A stretch of 64,000 bases of DNA, taken from contig OU015566.1 of NCBI GenBank assembly GCA_907165135.1, positions 13,144,001-13,208,000 on the forward strand. Reading direction: 5' to 3'. Shown piece after piece: positions 9,601-22,212 of the stretch (position 1 is its first letter; each line of letters begins with the position of its first letter). Under the pieces are notes generated by a model. The model worked only from the letters and a program-made list of their open reading frames with translations, searched no databases and had not been told where the DNA came from. This stretch comes from Oikopleura dioica. Its lineage: Eukaryota; Animalia; Chordata. A program made the translations under genes and the position numbers.

Positions 9601-12362
9601 TTTGGATCCAAGAATTTGATTCTGATGACAAGAGTTTGGAATAAACTTTTCGTCTCATTTGTTCCCCGCTCTAGGTCGCTAGGCTGGTGATCGATCTCTT
9701 TGTTTAGGACACTGACCTAAACATGGAACGATTAGCCAGTTTAACCGCAGAGGTGACGCACTGGACAAAGTTGGCGGTCCGGCACCGATTTCAAAATAAT
9801 AAAACCGCTGAAAATTCACCAAGACTGTCGATTTCATCAGCGATTTTCGGGTTCTAAAAGGGTTCATAATGCAGATAGCAGGTGTGAATGTAAAAGAAAC
9901 TTGTTATAGTGCGCAAATGTACAAGTAATCGCGTGGCTTGAGACATGCGACCAGTTCATGAAGCAATAAAAGGTATTAGGGGCTAAGCAAAGCTCCTATT
10001 ACTGCTCCCCTTACTTATCATCCTCACACAGTCGATAGTAGATTATAACGATTTAAAGAACTCGGGTTTCTTAAACTCAAGTTGATAGCAGGTCACGCTT
10101 CTGCCAGTCCATAAATAGAAACTTGTATAATTACCAGCTCGTTGACACATTTTTCTTTTTACCGATTTGTCGGTCGTTTATTGCCTCTTCAAATAACGGT
10201 CTTTTTTAGTTTTGAACGCGCACTCACGCTTTCTGGAAAACTGCCTCCGCTCCGGCCAGCTGTCGACAAAAGACATCTTCCGGATCATTCACAAGATCCT
10301 GCTCGTTGTATCTCAATTCGTCAACTTCCTCAATCAGACCTTTGCTCAGGTAAGTTCCGACTCAACCATGGTTTCAAGGGCATTAAGCCTGACAGCTCTT
10401 TTTTTAAAGCGCTTGAATCAAGCGGCTTGATAAAAGTTAAAGCCATTAGATCTTTTTCTTAAGGGGGTAGAAACAGCTTTTTTCGAAAAAAGACGATTTT
10501 TGACCAGCGCTACAGACAAGAGAATCTTACATTTTCAATTTTTCTCTTCATATTTAGATAGATACATCTTAGATCTAGGAACATCTCCCTCAAAATTGGT
10601 TTTAGTCATCAAATTTTTGAGTAAGCGGGCTCAGAAGCAGCTCATCTCTCCGAAATTCTCGATTTTCGCCAATTTTCAAACACGAATATCTCGAGTCCCC
10701 TGATAGTTAAACAAATTTCATTCACATTTTTGTTAAGCTCAACCCTTTTTCTAGGAACATTTATGAGGAAATTCCGTGAACATAAATAAATCTTATACTT
10801 TCTTTTATGTAGCAGCAGTCCAAAATCGAGAAAGCTGTTTCTACCCCCTTAATGAGAATTGATTTTGATCAATAAAACCTTGAGCGGATCTTCTCATTCA
10901 TCCCGGAAATCACCGCTTCACAATCTTCCGGAGTTACCCGCGTTAATAACGAACGAGAATCACTACCGGAGAATGTGAAACATTCATTCTTTATAAAGGC
11001 TGAGCATTCGCTCAAATTTTCTACAATCTTAGCCCAGACCATCTGTCAGCAATCCGCCGCTAATTTTAACTGTCCCGGACATTTTTGATCGCCCCTTTTC
11101 ACAGTCAAAATTCTCTTCCTACTCGTGAACTTTCTCGGTAATTGATGAATACGGCATGTTATGTAAGATGAAATAACTCAAAGGCGTAAAAAATAGACTG
11201 GTTAAAAAGGTACAATTAAATCATTTATGATCATTCGCATTTTAAAACTATTTGGCCCAATCCTTGGCTACTAAGTATTTACAAATTTGGATTAGCTGAT
11301 AACAAGCATCATCGAAGACGTAGTGCTTTTACACGCTGAGATTGAGTTTGGTTATTTTTGTAGAACCTATTTTCCATCAATTTTCACCCCTGTCTAATAA
11401 TGAGCATAACCCGTATTAGGATTGAGGGCTGATCTTATTCAAAATTAACTAACTTGCGTCTTTCTGAAGTAATAATTACAGTCTGACATTGTGATGATTA
11501 TTTTTTTGGTCTATTTTTTACAATGATGCAATTTTGAACTTGCTCCACTTCGACCTAAAAAGTATCGCCATTAAAATTCCTCGTGAACAAGTCGTTATTT
11601 TAACGATCGTCAAAATTACGTGAACAGCATCTCAGAAACTTTAGCATTGAACTTTCAGGTTGAGCAGCTTTCTGCACTAATTGGCACTACCGATTTTGAC
11701 GAAAGCATGGAGCGACTATTTGGGGAGCACTTCCAGGAGCAAGTTCGTCTTCACGACAAGAGCTTCTCGGACAAGATCAAAAGGGTAAGTTGAATGCGAT
11801 CGAAAAGGTCACGAAACGACCGTTCATTATTCTTACAGTACGGAAAACTAAAGTGTCGGTAAATTCGTTTTGCGGTCGAGTCCGACCGAACCCCAAGAAA
11901 AAGGAAGCGCAATTTCCTGATCCAACCTAGGCTGGTGAATACATCGGTCAAAACTCTCAATAATCGGGCGAACTCCACGTCCTTTTTTTCTAAAAACCAA
12001 CGTATTCGGAACTTCCGAATCGGAAGCATTACGGAGGAGGAAGGACTATTTTGGAACGGAAAACTGTTTTTGCTCGAAACATATTTCTTTGATGCTACAT
12101 TTTAGACGAAATTCAATTCAGCAAAAACACCTTTGGTTTAAAAATAGCGGTCTAAGATCTCATATCTGTCCAGAGTCTATTTTAAAAACAGAATTACGAG
12201 ATTGCGCCGCTGCCCATCACATGAATGCTAAAATTACTGTTTCAGCTAATTGTCGAGTTGGAGAACATTCAAACGAAAGAAACGTCCGATTCGATCATGA
12301 ATCTCCTTCTCAAGCTGGACTACAACCGCTACTACGGTCACTTCCCTGCGACGCGAGCTTAG
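3605..12362 (+). CDS. TUBGCP2: Gamma-tubulin complex component 2, 3' half of the gene (10 exons; 5' exons not identified)
   Basis: Phase-consistent exons: 3605-3756 (KDYNLVGRLRSVKRFFLLDQSDFLDQFIDLADEDLRRPV), 4759-~4860 (SRLQASLEMAIRTSTADRDLYKDDVRIVLAPTDL), 6119-6241 (ITQLMRII...LSCLEAISFDYVVK), 6343-6390 (WPLSLIISRKQLVPYQ), 6435-6518 (LLFRFLFYTKYIEWILNNTW), 6947-7027 (AAFILRHRMLVFVQHLQ), 8346-8427 (SYITFGVIEPQWKVF), 10210-10349 (LNAHSRFLENCLRSGQLS), 11659-11784 (FQEQVRLHDKSFSDKIKR), 12246-12362 (LLLKLDYNRYY...TAG). These match the GCP2 C-terminal GRIP2 motifs in order. AATAAA follows near 12447. Confidence 0.93.
3778..4314. mobile_element. Non-autonomous fold-back DNA transposon with 9-bp TSD (Mutator-like), in a TUBGCP2 intron
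   Basis: ~163-bp terminal inverted repeats (3778-3940 and 4153-4314; GGGTGCGCGTCGTTTGCTACGG...CCGTAGCAAACGACGCGCACCC). Exact direct repeat GGATACGTG at 3769-3777 and 4315-4323. A second inner inverted pair lies at ~3975-4002 and ~4099-4130, and (TAACCC)3 at 4141. Confidence 0.92.
4930..5760. promoter_or_regulatory. Dense intronic cluster of GATA-type sites (candidate enhancer)
   Basis: About 17 GATAA/TTATC matches in 830 bp, against roughly 3 expected from base composition. Includes palindromic pairs TTATC-gcgcc-GATAA (~5061), TTATC-gcgcttc-GATAA (~5488) and TTATC-gccaa-GATAA (~5626). Confidence 0.45.
10463..10848. mobile_element. MITE with TTAA target duplication and GG termini (Kolobok-like)
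   Basis: TTAA|GGGGGTAGAAACAGCTTT ... AAAGCTGTTTCTACCCCC|TTAA; inside a TUBGCP2 intron. Confidence 0.88.
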
Positions 12363-12619
12363 TCCAACATGTTTCGTTCACTCAGTTCAATTTTTACACA
12401 TTCCTACCACTGTCAGCTTTATCTTTCACTTACTGTCACATTCCAAATAAAATAAAAGATTCAGTAAACGGAAATAACCGCGAGAGCGATTCAAGACTTT
12501 CAAGAATTTTAATCTTTATTGCTGTAAGGTGTTGTAAGGCATCTTGTAATCAGCAGTGCCCGGCAGCTAGACGGTCCTTTCTGCGATGAAAAAAGGAAGC
12601 TGTACTCTGGTCTTTCAAG

Positions 12620-12690
12620 CTAGCCTCGGAATTCTGTTCGATTGTGCATCTCAAAGAGGGGTATCCTCTCGAAGACAACCTCTCCTGACC
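12620..12690 (-). CDS. Putative terminal exon of an unidentified minus-strand gene, convergent with TUBGCP2
   Basis: ttacag acceptor, then an open frame SGEVVFERIPLFEMHNRTEFRG-TAG, with a minus-strand AATAAA near 12515. No family recognised. Confidence 0.35.
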
Positions 12691-13040
12691 CTGTAATGAA
12701 CTCAAGAATTTTGTATTTCAGTTCTCATTTTGAGCAGAAGCCTTTTAGTGATAATATGAGTCCGTTCCTACACGATCCGCTCGTCATATTCTCACGATTA
12801 AAACGCCTAGGGTAGGAGGTTAACTAAGATCGCATAGGATGAAGCTGAGAGAGAGAGAGAGAGAGAGTGTGTCTGCGGTGATATCAACAAGAGGCTCTCA
12901 TCAAAAGAGACGATGGGAAAGTGACCACTCCCGCGTCTGATTTATCCTTATCGATGTCTATGGAAGTCATTCGCCGAGTCTGAGAAAGAATCTGTGCCCA
13001 CCCTGGTTAACAGAAATCAACGGGATTTTCATCAACTTAA

Positions 13041-13542
13041 GGACCCCTCCGTCATGTGATAATGACTTTTTCAAACAGGGATATCGGGTTGATCCCCTTA
13101 AGATTTTTGAAATATTTTTTGAGTATTTTGTAGCTCGATAGCTGCTCTAGGGAACCAGAAGGAAAACAAGCTCATAGGCCTCTTAAGGGTGTCGTAATGA
13201 TAAGTTAAGGTAAAATATTTTTTAAACATGGATATCATTATGATCACCTTAACTGATCAAAATTTTTTTTTGTTGAAAATTTAGCTGAGACCCTTGTCTA
13301 GGGCACCGCATCAAATGTATTATGATATCTTAAGGGTTTCACTAAGAAAATATGGTTTGAAGATGGGTGATCGGCCGAAAAATGGGCAAATTTAGCTAAA
13401 AAAGCCCGAAAATCGTGATTTTCAAAGTCAATTTTGAGGGTCAAAGAGTCGAAATAGAATTTTACGACAATAATGAAAAATGATCCTCAGAACTCAGAGA
13501 ATCGATTCCCGAAAATCGTCAAACATGACGGGGGGGGGGTCC
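13041..13542. mobile_element. TTAA-flanked MITE (Kolobok-like) carrying a nested micro-element
   Basis: TTAA|GGACCCCTCCGTCATGT ... ACATGACGGGGGGGGGGTCC|TTAA. Confidence 0.85.
13187..13248. mobile_element. 62-bp TTAA-flanked micro-MITE (GGGTGTC family), nested
   Basis: TTAA|GGGTGTCGTAATGATA ... TATCATTATGATCACC|TTAA. Confidence 0.7.
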
Positions 13543-16500
13543 TTAAAAGCACTTAAAGTCTTCGCTCGGATACGTTTTATGAAGTTAATAAAACGAAACT
13601 CTCAATCTGATTTTTATCATTATTTAAGGCCACTTTATGGGCAGCAAAAACTATTAAACTCGTTTTTAAGGTCTTCTTTTATCAGCATCGAAATTCTTTA
13701 ACTGATTTTCTAGGGCAAGCTAGGTCTAAATTTGTCAAAAATCCTCGACAGTTGGGAGAATTGAGACGGTTTCGAATACATCGTTAAGTCAAGCCATGTC
13801 TGGAGGAACAAAGCAAGCAGATTGCAGGTGTTGCCCCGCGCATTCTCCGTGTTCTTTTATGCTCAGAGACGCTCGTCGACGATTTTAGACGTTTTAACCC
13901 ATTTCTGCTCTTTTCGCAATCAAAAACGGAAAATAGATTTTCTCATCGAAAATAGCAAAATAGGGTGTCTAATAATAGCCTCGTTGAGCCTCAATCAATT
14001 CAAATTTTAGACACTAAATTGGCTCATCCGCTTCTCTGGTGATTTGAGAAATTCACTTTTCAATGAAAAGTTTTCATCCTTAGTAACAGTAAGTGTAGTG
14101 GTAAAAGTGTAGAAACAGCTTTTGTTTGGCAGCTGAGGGATTAGCATTGAAACAAGGGATGTAGCATGTTTTATCAATAGTTAAAGCTAAGTACAATTAA
14201 GTTGCATTTGGGTTTAAATCTCCTCATTATGGAATGGAGCTTTTTCGTATTTCCAAAGAACGCATTTCGCCATAAAAAGCGATAGTATGAAAAACATGCA
14301 AATCAAAATTGAGTCCGACATCTAATTTATTGTCGCTAAAACAGCATTCGTAGATAATCGGAATGCATGTTCCGCGAGCATCACCGGGGCCGCCGACAAT
14401 ATCCCGGGAGAGTGATAAGAAGAGGACGAACGAAAAGATCCAGATGGGACCAGTTTATGTCAGTTTTTGATGGCTCATTCAAACATTCTTCTTTTGAAAC
14501 AAAAATGCTGAGAAACAAATTTCAAAGTTGCTTTCGCGCAAGATTAGTTACCTATCTGTTTGTTACTACCGTTAACTTTGCGGCTTACTTTCCTGACTGG
14601 CTATTTTACCAAACATCTCCATGACTTGTAATGGGTGGGTAAGAGGTGGCTAATTGAAAGTAAACAATCGCAGAGAAATTTCCGTGGCCCCTTATCGCCA
14701 GGTTTACAGGCTAAACTTGCCGCTGACTGATTACGGTGGACTTAACCTGACGATAACAATGGTACTTTGGGAAATCAGAAACGTCGAACTCGTGGCGATC
14801 AATACCGGGATTACATTTCCCATATCCGTGATAAAGGAGCTTGGTAGCGTTTTGACTCCGAATAGCCGTCGCCGTTTACATGTAGATAAGGGTCGAGATT
14901 AGAATGGAAAGGCTTGCTTTATCATTTGGTGCTTTTGATATCACTTCAAGCGCCAAGGTTCGATTAATGTGTGGATCAATATGTACAGAAAGAGAGTACT
15001 TTGAGTGTCAAAAACGATGAAAAATGAAGTTGTAATCATATATAAATCGTGTTGGCTTGCGTTTTCTGTTTTCGCCTCAAATATTGCCGAGTGTTGGGTA
15101 CTACTAGTAAACCCTTTAAAAGTCGCCAGTACCAACGTTTTGGAAAGTTGATGATCAAATAACATGGCACCGGAGCCGCCCTAAATACAATACAGATTTG
15201 TCGAATGATTTGAATCGAGATTTCTGTTTTAAAAAACGTGAGTTTCTTTTTCTGTTTTCTTTGTTGTAAGTCCTTACCAGTGAGTTCGTGTTAATTTTCG
15301 ATAGTTCAGTGGCTAAATGAATAATTCCGTCAATCGAACCGGCCCGAGTTGAGGCTTAATTGCAGTGGCCAAGTTCAGGCACGTTCTTATTTCAAGCCTT
15401 GTTCTCGATCATTACTACTAATCAATCTCTTTTACATGTTAGTAGTCCTAGTAGGACCAAAGTAACTTTGCCCTGCTCCGGTAGCGGTATCGATATTTTC
15501 CGATTGAAAGGTTTTTGGTCATGTTTCCTGTTTTAATTTCTTACACAAATAGAAGAGTATCACCAAATATATTCTGGAATAATTTCGAATGATGATACTC
15601 GATTGCGTCGCAATTGCGGAAAACCTGCTCCATCCGAACTGGCAGAAAGGGTTAACTGGATAGAACGTGCTGAGCGCAACTGAGAGGGACGTAGTAAAGC
15701 CCCTCAAGGCTGGTTAGAGCTACTCTTGGCCAATTGCTCGGTCACGTAAGTGATGAAAATTCCAGAGCAGCTCAGTTCTCTTCGATAGTACCTTTTCATG
15801 AAATAGAACAACGCAGCCAATCGCTGCTAGTACCGTTTACAATCACACCGGTTGACAATAGGTAAACTACCGCGCAGGGGAGGTATTTTTGATGATCCAA
15901 AAGAAAGTGTATTGAATACAGTAAGATCTTTGCCTGTAAAAGATTCTTCAAGAGCACCTCCTTGTCGGTCGGAGTTAGACTCAAACACGTGATCCGAAAA
16001 ATTATCCAACTGCGCTTGTCTTGAATAAATTACTCTAATCCATTACTAATTCATTGCCTAGTGTGGTTTTTCCCGAGCAAAATACTTGGATGATGTTTAT
16101 TGGCAGCAACCGCAGACATAAAAAAGACATGATCGATTTTGCTCTGTAATTTTTTATAAGAGCTGTCGTTTTTTCAAAGTAAGGCGAAAACCTGGGGATT
16201 TTTGTTATTTTTGCCTTGTTTTTTAGACAGAAGAAACCCTTAAGCTTGTTATGGGCGATAATTAGTCGTTCGTATTTACCCCTTGCATCTTTATCAGGCG
16301 CTGGAATGATGATGATAATTGTCAATTATTCGCCGGATATAAATAAAGAAAATCGACAAATTAATTAAATTTGTAGATTGGAGTCTATATTTAAATAGAC
16401 TCCATGTCACCCTTTTCTCCTCCATTCGCCTTTCCATTGCATTTATATACAAATAAAGAGTTGTTTTGGAAGCATCAGATGGGCTTAGTTAATTTTTTGA

Positions 16501-18585
16501 GGATAGTGATGTTGGTACAAAGTAAAATCTGCCGGCGTCATCAATTGTTGTCTTCCCGCGAATTGAGTTACTTTTCCTCAAGAATACCCCCTTCGTAGCC
16601 CCTTGTTTTCTACATAAGAAGATATTTTTCTACAGAAATGCACCTCAACTAAAGTTGATGGCTTTAGGAAACTCCCAGCCTACAAAATTGCTGTTTTATT
16701 TGAACCGGGGTCTCTTTAAAAGAGCCACTTTCGAATTATTTCATGGAAAAAAATGAAAACTAAGCAAAAAAAAATCTGTCGAAAAAACCCTCTTGAGGAA
16801 GACAAACCCCTTTAAAATGGACTAAACCAATTTATGGAAGTGCATTTTTGGTTTACCAATAAGATTGCTGTATTTTGCCTACAGGCCAATCGAAACCCTG
16901 GTCCATAAAATCACTTTCATAAATGGATACTTCCTGGAAGTTCCTTTTAAAATGGGGACCCCTGTATATCTACCTGTATAAGCAGATTTTCCCTTTGATT
17001 CAAAGGAACCTTTCTGTAATTGCTTGTGACGCAAAATGATAAGGCTTTTTATTCAGCGGGTTTTATATAGATTAAGACATGTCTACGCAAATCAGCTTTA
17101 AAGCAAATGTTAGTGTCCGCTAAAAGCATATTTCCGTAGCGCAGACAATTCGGACTTATCTAACCTCTTTTTTACGGCTCTTGGAAAAAGTCTGCTTGCC
17201 AGATGATCCGCTCTCAGCTCCAGAAGGACGACACAAAGCCGACATTGAGGTTTCAAATCCAAATACATCCAAAAATGCATCAGCTGACTTCCTCGGTGTA
17301 TATTTACTGGCTGGACTGTACAATCTTGAGGAGGTTTGAACTTCGGAAGACTCGACTTCGAGCTCGTTAACAGGCGTGCAAATTTAGAAAACCGCATAAT
17401 TAGAGAAATTTTCCAACTCAAAAGAAGGATGAGATCAAAATCTCGAGTTCGCGAGGGACATTTAAACATGCCACGTTAGAATTAAATATGCAGCTCTTTG
17501 AAAAAAGAGAGTTTAAAAAAAGTTCATTTGCTTAATTTGAAAATTTTATCGAAAAAAAAACATATCCACGTTTCTAGCGCCTCTGGCCCAATGATTTATC
17601 GTCTAGTGCTCCTGATTTCTCTGAATATCCTTCGTTAAGTACTTAATTTGCCGACTTGTTCTTCAATTATGAATTTAGTTAACACTCTTGTTCGCCATTG
17701 CTTTGAAAGAACACTAATTATACGAAAATGAGCGGATATATTTGATATGAAACAAATGTATAATTTGCGATATCATCGATAGGTCTTTCAATTAACAAGA
17801 TTCTCTCTGAGGTTAATTGAGTTTCTATTGAAGACGCATTGAACCCTAGAACTCGCTTTTATTCAACAAAGGTACCGTCTTGAATTTTCTACTTTTTTTC
17901 TGATGTCATTTTTTTGCAATGATGAGTTGATGGGTGAAAGGTGCGAGTTTGTAACAGAGTTACCTGAATTAGAATAAAGCTTCGTTTCTAAAAATACCCA
18001 GCATCTTACATTATCACCTCTTTACGTAAAGTCATCCCCCTGGCAGAGTGATCAGGTGCGAATGAGGAAAGTTGCCGGGTGGTCTTTGCTGCTTCTCGAC
18101 GTGACCATCATCTCCCGCCGCGTCTTATCACGCCAAACAACCGTGACTGACCGAATCGGTCGAGAATTTTTCCAATTCAGAATAATTCTTTCCAAATTTC
18201 AAATGCAAAATCCACACCGCGAGAAAGAATCTGACATTCAACTGAAGCTGCTTTCGATTTTCATATTGACCTATTTTTATCAAAACGAAGCACTTTTTTT
18301 CTGCTGCTTCTATCAAAATTTAATTCATCAAGCGCCGTTTTTTTCCGCAAGATGCACTTGAATCTTTAGATCTTGTGAAGTATTTTATTTTGACACAGGT
18401 TCGGTAGACCTAACTTAAGTACTTTAGCTTATTTCATTACTGTATTTTTGTACGAAACAACTTCGATCAAAAATATGTCAGAAGGTTAATTGCTATTTTA
18501 GTGGGTCCCTCAGAGTCAGGAAGATTTATTTCATGGATTTTATTGTGTATTAAAATACATTAATTAATTAAGCTAACGCCCTTAA

Positions 18586-19324
18586 GGGACCCGGTTAGGT
18601 AGCGCCGCGCCGAACTTCAAGCGCTCGCCGTTATTCTTGTGAATAAAATTTTTGTAATTTTCTTTTTGCAAATGACATCTACAGCTCTTCAGCTTTCTCA
18701 TCCAGTTTTCTGTTTTCCTCTATCACCACTCATCGATGAGCTAGATCAAAAAAGAGGGGAGCGCAACTTCAAAAAGCATCAAGTCCTGCAAATTATATTT
18801 AATCTTTCAGAAACCTGCACCATTAAAAAGCCCATTAAATTCTCTACAGATTCCACCTAATGCGCAAAACTGAAACAGTACTAATAAGCGATACAGGTCA
18901 AACAAACAAAAATTCCTTGCGCGCGCCCAGCAGGAATCATGTCTCGGGAGCCCAAAATAGCGTCCTGCCGCGCCGCGCCGTGCTGAGCGCGCTAAGATTT
19001 CTGGTTTATCAGCCGTTAATCCGAAATAAGTTATGTTTCAGTTTTGCGCATTAGGTGGAATTTGTAGAGAATTTCATGGGCTTTTTTAATGGTGCAGGTT
19101 TCTGAAAGATTAAATATAATTTGCAGGACTTGATGCTTTTTGAAGTTGCGCTCCCCTTTTTTGATCTAGCTCATCGATGAGTGGTGATAGAGGAAAACAG
19201 AAAACTGGATGAGAAAGCTGAAGAGCTGTAGATGTCATTTGCAAAAAGAAAATTACAAAAATTTTATTCACAAGAATAACGGCGAGCGCTTGAAGTTCGG
19301 CGCGGCGCTACCTAACCGGGTCCC
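18586..19324. mobile_element. Long fold-back MITE with TTAA TSD (Kolobok-like)
   Basis: Near-perfect ~292-bp inverted arms (18586-18877 and 19034-19324); TTAA|GGGACCCGGTTAGGTAGCG ... CGCTACCTAACCGGGTCCC|TTAA. Confidence 0.95.
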
Positions 19325-20644
19325 TTAAGTTAGTTCTGCAAAGAGCATGCTTTTTTTGAGTCAATTTCCAAATTCCCCCTCCCTGGGATGGCTCCATAAT
19401 CAGCCGTGTCAAAATGTTTACCAAGGTCGTTATGCAGGCATAATTTTTAACATGATCTGTATATGAACTTTTTAGCAGGGCGGTGACGCTTCATCCCTTT
19501 TTTGAATCGATTTTCGTTCTTATCTAGTTTCTCCTAGTTTTGACCTGTTCTAGGAGGCTCTTGAGAGCGCTGAGAGGAGAACTTGGAGGGATTAACTTTA
19601 TCATTGTTCCGAGAGGTCTTGTTAAACTGCTGCATTGTCAAGTTTATTAAAATAGCGAGCAATCTGGAAAATTCGAAGACACAAGAAGTGGAGAGGAGGA
19701 CGTGCTAAAAACGCGGCAAAAGAGAAAGCTCAGACTTGACCTTCGCCGCCCAAATTATACGTCCTTTGAAAATAAAGCTGATGAGTTCGTGTGCCCAAGG
19801 GACGCTGGGTGACGAGGAGCAAGGTGTTTCTCTCTTTTACGAAATCACGCCTCGCTAAAGTTCAAGGTTGAATTTATTGGCGATGAATACGTAATTGACT
19901 GGCGATTCGACAACTCTGAATAATAAGAGTTGAATGTTACATATATTCTCAAGAATACTGTATTCTGAAAACAGTAAGTAAGTTGACATCTGTTTAAGTG
20001 TAAATTCTGCTGGGAAGTCAAACAACAATGAACGATATTAAATCTGATTTACGCACTTCGCCCCGCGTAAATCCACTAATCCAGTCCGATAGTTCGGAAT
20101 TTGAACTTTTCAAGCTGCCCATAAAACGCTCCGTTGTCATCCTTCGGATCACTGTTTCTTCTTTCTTTCGCAATAACATTCCAAAAACGAGGCGTATTTT
20201 CGACTTCCGCATCGTAGATTTTGATTACGCAACGTAAAAATTATTACGTATTCTCCGATCTCATTCAAATTGTCATGTTTTATGACAATATGCAGCGGCG
20301 CATAAAACATGTCAATATTTGCCACCTGAGTCTTTTTCGGTTTACTTTTTTTGTCAATTTTCGAATCAAAACGTGACTCACAGTTACAAGTAGTCAGAAA
20401 TCAAAAAATTTCCGGCGCTATATAAACAATTTTGTGCGTGAATCGGCGAATAAAGGCCATCGATCAAAAGATGACGGAATTCTCAATTTGTCGACGGAAT
20501 CGGTCGAGATTCTCAATCCTCTTTCCTCGAGGAAATAAACACGTGATTTCGTTGAAAACAGCATGAGTCGTAGGGTCAACTGAGACCCAGTGTCCGAGTG
20601 AGGATTGACTCACCAAAGAAGAATCCATTCGTCAATTTTCTTAA

Positions 20645-20792
20645 GGGTATCTCAAGGTTTATACAGAAAATAGTGATGCTTAGGGTCAAGACTCTGAACT
20701 TGTGGCATCGTTGACTTGAAAAACAAGGGTGTCACTTTGATATTTTCGTCAGAAAATCAAGCTTGAAAATCAGGTTATCCATGGCTACCCCC
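20645..20792. mobile_element. Degenerate TTAA-flanked MITE
   Basis: TTAA|GGGTATCTCAAGG ... CCATGGCTACCCCC|TTAA; the inverted termini are imperfect. Confidence 0.45.
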
Positions 20793-21297
20793 TTAAAAAT
20801 ATACTATAAGTCGTTCTAGCAAATTCTAGTGCTTGGTCGTTGCCGTTAAACTTTCCCGTCTTCGCGAACTTTCCGTCATTTGCCAGGTATTCTTTTTCTA
20901 ATTCGGATTGCTTTTTATTCATGGCTTTATTTGAAATGGCGCGTAACTTCTGACGAGGCCCCGTTTTAGATCGACGTCAGTGGCCATAATCGTTTATGAA
21001 TTGTTCATTTGCGCAGTAGTAAATCCGCGCGGAAAACGTGAATGAATGAAAAATTATTCTCATTAGATCAAATTTGCTTTTCCGTTCACAATGTTTCCTT
21101 CTCCTTGCTTTGGAACGTCCCTCACGTGCTTTCGCAACAATGACTGTTGCCAGCGAGTTACCCTCGTTCTTCCCTACTTTTTATGCAGCGATTAATAATT
21201 CAGAAACTGTACGAAAAATGATGCTTTCTCAATCATTGAATAAGTCATGACTAGGGGTTAGCAAAGAGGTTTTCGTAACCTCAGTGAATAAATGATA

Positions 21298-21321
21298 AAA
21301 ACCCTAACCCTAACCCTAACT
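21298..21321. repeat. Interstitial telomeric-type repeat (TAACCC)n
   Basis: AAAACCCTAACCCTAACCCTAAC. Confidence 0.85.
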
Positions 21322-21339
21322 TTAGTCGCTAAAAACTAG

Positions 21340-21534
21340 CAGTGCCGAAAATGTCTCGAATGTCACGAATGTCACGAATGTCACGAAAACACATTCGAAA
21401 ACATATTCGTGACATTCGTGACATTCGTGACTTTCGTGACATTCGTGATTTTCGTGACTTTCGTGACTTTCGTGACATTTGTGACTTTCGTGACATTCGT
21501 GACTTTCGTGACACTCGTGACATTTTCAGTACTG
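21340..21534. mobile_element. Small fold-back element with an asymmetric 9-bp tandem array
   Basis: Termini CAGTGCCGAAAATGTC / GACATTTTCAGTACTG. About 4 copies of CGAATGTCA on the left face about 13 copies of TTCGTGACA/T (the reverse complement) on the right. Confidence 0.75.
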
Positions 21535-22212
21535 ACCCTTACAACTGATAATTCCCATGTTTATTACGAAAAAAAAATCGATGAAGCTTGTATCTTGAGA
21601 CGATTGTTTTGCTGTCGTGGAAGTTTGATTAAATCTGGACAAGAGTTTCTTTGTTGATCACGTGCTTTTTTAACTTTCGCCTTCCGCGAGCATTCCAACG
21701 AGTGACATTTATCAAATATGGTCGGAAACGGGCGAACAAAATATCATTTCTGCGATTCTGCTACTTTCAACTTTTGAGGAAGGGCGATGAGAGGATTAAG
21801 GATGCTGACTTCTAAGCTGATAGTCTACCGTTGAAAGAAGGAGCAATATATTTCCTCCTTTATTTTAATTAGCTCCTTTGGGATTTATTCAAAGCGACAA
21901 AATATGTTGTTGGCTAGCGAGCCAAGACGCGTGTTTGGCAGCTCAACAATTTGCTTTATCCTTTTATAAGTCTTAATTGGAGCTAATTTATCAAATAAAT
22001 ATCAACTCACGTCAACGCCACAGAATTCCTTGGAGCTGGCGACGAGTCCACGAGTCAAAGAACTTTGGAAACAAGTCCCAAAAGTTCACTTTCAGATCAC
22101 TTTCTACTTTGAAACTAGGGTTTGGGCTAGGGTTGATTTTCAAAAAACTGCGTGAGCGGGTTGAACTTGGGTAACACATGCTGGAAGGTAGAGTATGAAC
22201 TAGGGTACCCCC

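Noticed and set aside
21298-21321. True telomere
   Set aside because: Only about 3.5 units, located internally.
21329-21657. SRM/RDI/TFV repeat ORFs
   Set aside because: These are translations of a 9-bp tandem array.
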